Source: Setoptus koraiensis
Lineage: Eukaryota > Animalia > Arthropoda
DNA: 64,000 bases
Assembly: GCA_048013815.1 (NCBI GenBank)
Contig: CM106586.1
Span: 10,168,001-10,232,000, forward strand
Reading direction: 5' to 3'
The notes beneath the pieces are model-generated. The model was not told where the DNA came from. It did no database searches and saw only the letters and a list, made by a program, of their open reading frames with translations. A program made the translations under genes and the position numbers. Positions 61,315 through 64,000 of this stretch are shown one piece after another (within the stretch, counting starts at the first letter, position 1; each line of letters opens with the position of its first letter).

Positions 61315-64000
61315 TTATCAACAACATCGTTGCAATGCTCCTGGGCTTCTTCAATGAGTGAGTGTCAGCTTCTTATTCTACAACACACAAACACAGCCGC
61401 CTTACTATAAATCGAGTTGAAATTTAATTTTCAATTCGAATTATTAGACGTATCGTCATTTACGACCTCATAGTCGTTCGGACATTAACCCTTACTTCAC
61501 TGTATGCTGCCAAGATCACCACCAACGCTTAATAAATAAAAATGTTTGTATATATTTAATACAGATATTTATTAGCGTATAGTGTGTGAGATTGTTGTTA
61601 ATGTTGTGTATACATTAGGTGGAAAAGTGGTGGCAATGACTGTAAGGGTTAAACATCTTCAGGGTTAGCACAAGCAACAACTATACGCAACAAAACGACT
61701 ATGCTATGAGAAGTCGAATAATCTCTAATTAATAGAACGGCCATTCTCATGACGCCACCACCGCCGCCGCCTTCGCCGTAAGATTATCAACAACTGATAA
61801 ACTAGTCGTGGAAGGATGCTGATCAACTTACTAACACTAACACTAGTTGAAAAGAGTATTCTTACATTGCAGAAGCCTACCTCCTACATCATATCTATAG
61901 TCGACACATGGAACAACACTAAATGATCAAATATTGCATCGTCGTATCCGTATACATACATATTAGTCGATAAGCAGAACCACAACTACCATATGTATAA
62001 TTATAAATTGCAAGTTTAGAAACAAGTGGCAACAACAACTACAGCAACTGCTTGAATCAACTGTTTCGCCTGCTGTTCTCAGTGAAGATAACCCATCCGA
62101 TTGCTTACCTGGTAGTAGTGTAGGCTGCTTTTGTGTGTACAAAATGAACGATCCAAGTCGATCGAGAATCTTCTTATCAGTGGAATCGTATCAGGCCAGG
62201 GCACAAAGCTATTACTACCACCACCACCACCACCACATGACCAACAACACCAAACACATAATACACACTAATTCCGTATAGCTGCTTACCTGCTCTCACT
62301 CATGAATCTTGAGACGCCAAGACGTATGCAGGGACGATCTTGTTGTGTTGTTTAGTTGTTTTAATTGTACACCGATAGTTACTGTTCATGAACTCTTTAT
62401 GTCCGAGAAATTATTAGTGGACGCCGGTATATATGATACAAGCTCACACACGAAAAGCAATATGTAGTAACATTGAGGCGGTACAGCAGCGTAAAGTCAC
62501 CCTCTTACGGATGATATTTTTCTTATCATTGATCGAGCTAGTTGATCTAGGTAAAGGGTTGTTAAGGAAAAAAGAATAAGAGGGCGACTAAGACAAAATT
62601 CAATTCCTATCAAGTGCAGCAACAACTTGCATAATACACATACATACATACATATATTTATTTATTTATTTATATATGTAGGGACGCATATACATCTCTT
62701 TTTCAAATTGATTAATCTACTTTGTCAGCTTCACACAGTGCACAGAAATATATGTACAGAAAGAGCACCTGATGATGTAGACGCGGGTATGCATAATTAC
62801 ATCTTTGTGTTCCACAAGCCACTATAAAAGTCTAATAGTGGGGTGCACGCAATTGATATTTAATATTGTGAGCACTTGCCTGTCCATGTTGGACTACTAC
62901 CAGTACTACTACTACCTCCGAAGAGTCGATCGGCAATGGTGTAATCCCCATGAATTAACCCTTTTTAAATTAAATATTAAAAGATAGAGGTTCTTCTAAA
63001 TGATAGATAATTATTACATAATAGTAGTGGTCTACTATACGAACTCACTTGGTCAGTCTAAACTGCAAACTAAATGGGACCACTTTAAATAATGCAGTTC
63101 ACTTTAATTGGTAGTGAACATGATGGTGGTGTTGCTGTTGATAGTCAATATAATTGATATTTAGGTCAATTTAATGGAAGCTATGGTCTTAATCAACATG
63201 AAGAAAGAAAGTATTGAAACTATAGAAGAAAAACAAACGGGTAATGGTTCGAGTTGTTATTATCAACTATCGCAAGGTCTTACATGGAGAAGATAAAATA
63301 GCCTGAGATCATTTTAATGTGAGGGTACTTATTACTAGCACGAATAGTGAAACAAACAAACAGAAGAAAAGAGTTGAGGATGATGTTGTTTATTATTGTT
63401 AAGTAACATCAATTTAAAAGTACGAGTATCTAGATAGATTATTCTAATTTAATAATTATTTCTGTTTATATAGCATATCATAGTTTACATGTCTATATGT
63501 ATTTGATAACACATTTAAGTTGCGTAAAATATGAGCATTTTTTTATTTTTAGTATTTATATTTATGAACATAATCATTTAATGGGATAATTGATTGTCTG
63601 TATTACATGGTAATCGCATGTACAGAAAGTTCATACATATTTATTGTATGTATAACATTATGATGGTAACATATGCAAATGTTTGATAATTGTTGATCTG
63701 CTATTTGGCGCATAGATAAAAAAAAATCATGTGTCACTATATTTATTCATAGATAATTCTAATTACTTTGTATTATATAATAAAAAAGTGGATGCCATCG
63801 AATGATGCTATCAAATATACGACCTGCTGTAAAAGATTTACTAAAGCGATACCTCATCGATTCATCATTCTTTAGTTGGTCTTATTAGACCATATAGACT
63901 ATTTTTCGTTTATTGTCTCATACCATACTACGATGATGATAGCACACTTTAGTACTATCAGTATATAAAACTGGTGTTCGCCAAATATAGCACTAACAAC

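Noticed and set aside
62101-62115. CTTACCTGG similarity to the U1 snRNA 5' end
   Set aside because: No U1 stem-loops or Sm site follow; it is a minus-strand donor consensus.
63304-63315. TGAGATCATTTT, identical to the 5' part of bantam miRNA
   Set aside because: Diverges after 12 nt and has no complementary arm.

Overview
Eukaryotic, gene-dense genomic DNA with short GT-AG introns and abundant microsatellites. The gene set and the widespread intron loss suggest a small-genome arthropod, probably a mite (inference, not proven). No rRNA, tRNA, CRISPR array or recognisable transposase was found. Genes in order: RMI1-like (partial, -), PDRG1 (-), UBAP1-like (+, 2 exons), SLC17-family MFS transporter (+, 5 exons), twinfilin (-), DUF1057-type alpha/beta hydrolase (-, 3 exons), VPS15/PIK3R4 (+, intronless), PLC-beta of the Plc21C class (-, intronless), then about 26 kb with no recognisable protein, PNPLA2/brummer-like lipase (+, 3 exons), a ~1800-aa secreted EAR/EPTP-repeat protein resembling the Closca/Nasrat/Polehole family (-, 2 exons), and a klumpfuss-like zinc-finger gene (+, 2 exons). 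Top leads: (1) an unidentified, extensively base-paired ~430-nt RNA-like element at 1371-1798; (2) a local duplication of the UBAP1/twinfilin convergent junction with reciprocal gene loss; (3) a PLC-beta lacking its distal C-terminal domain; (4) a PDRG1-RMI1 pair only 74 nt apart; (5) a GGGCCC(C) motif cluster in the non-coding block. All family assignments come from motif recognition by eye; no database search was run.
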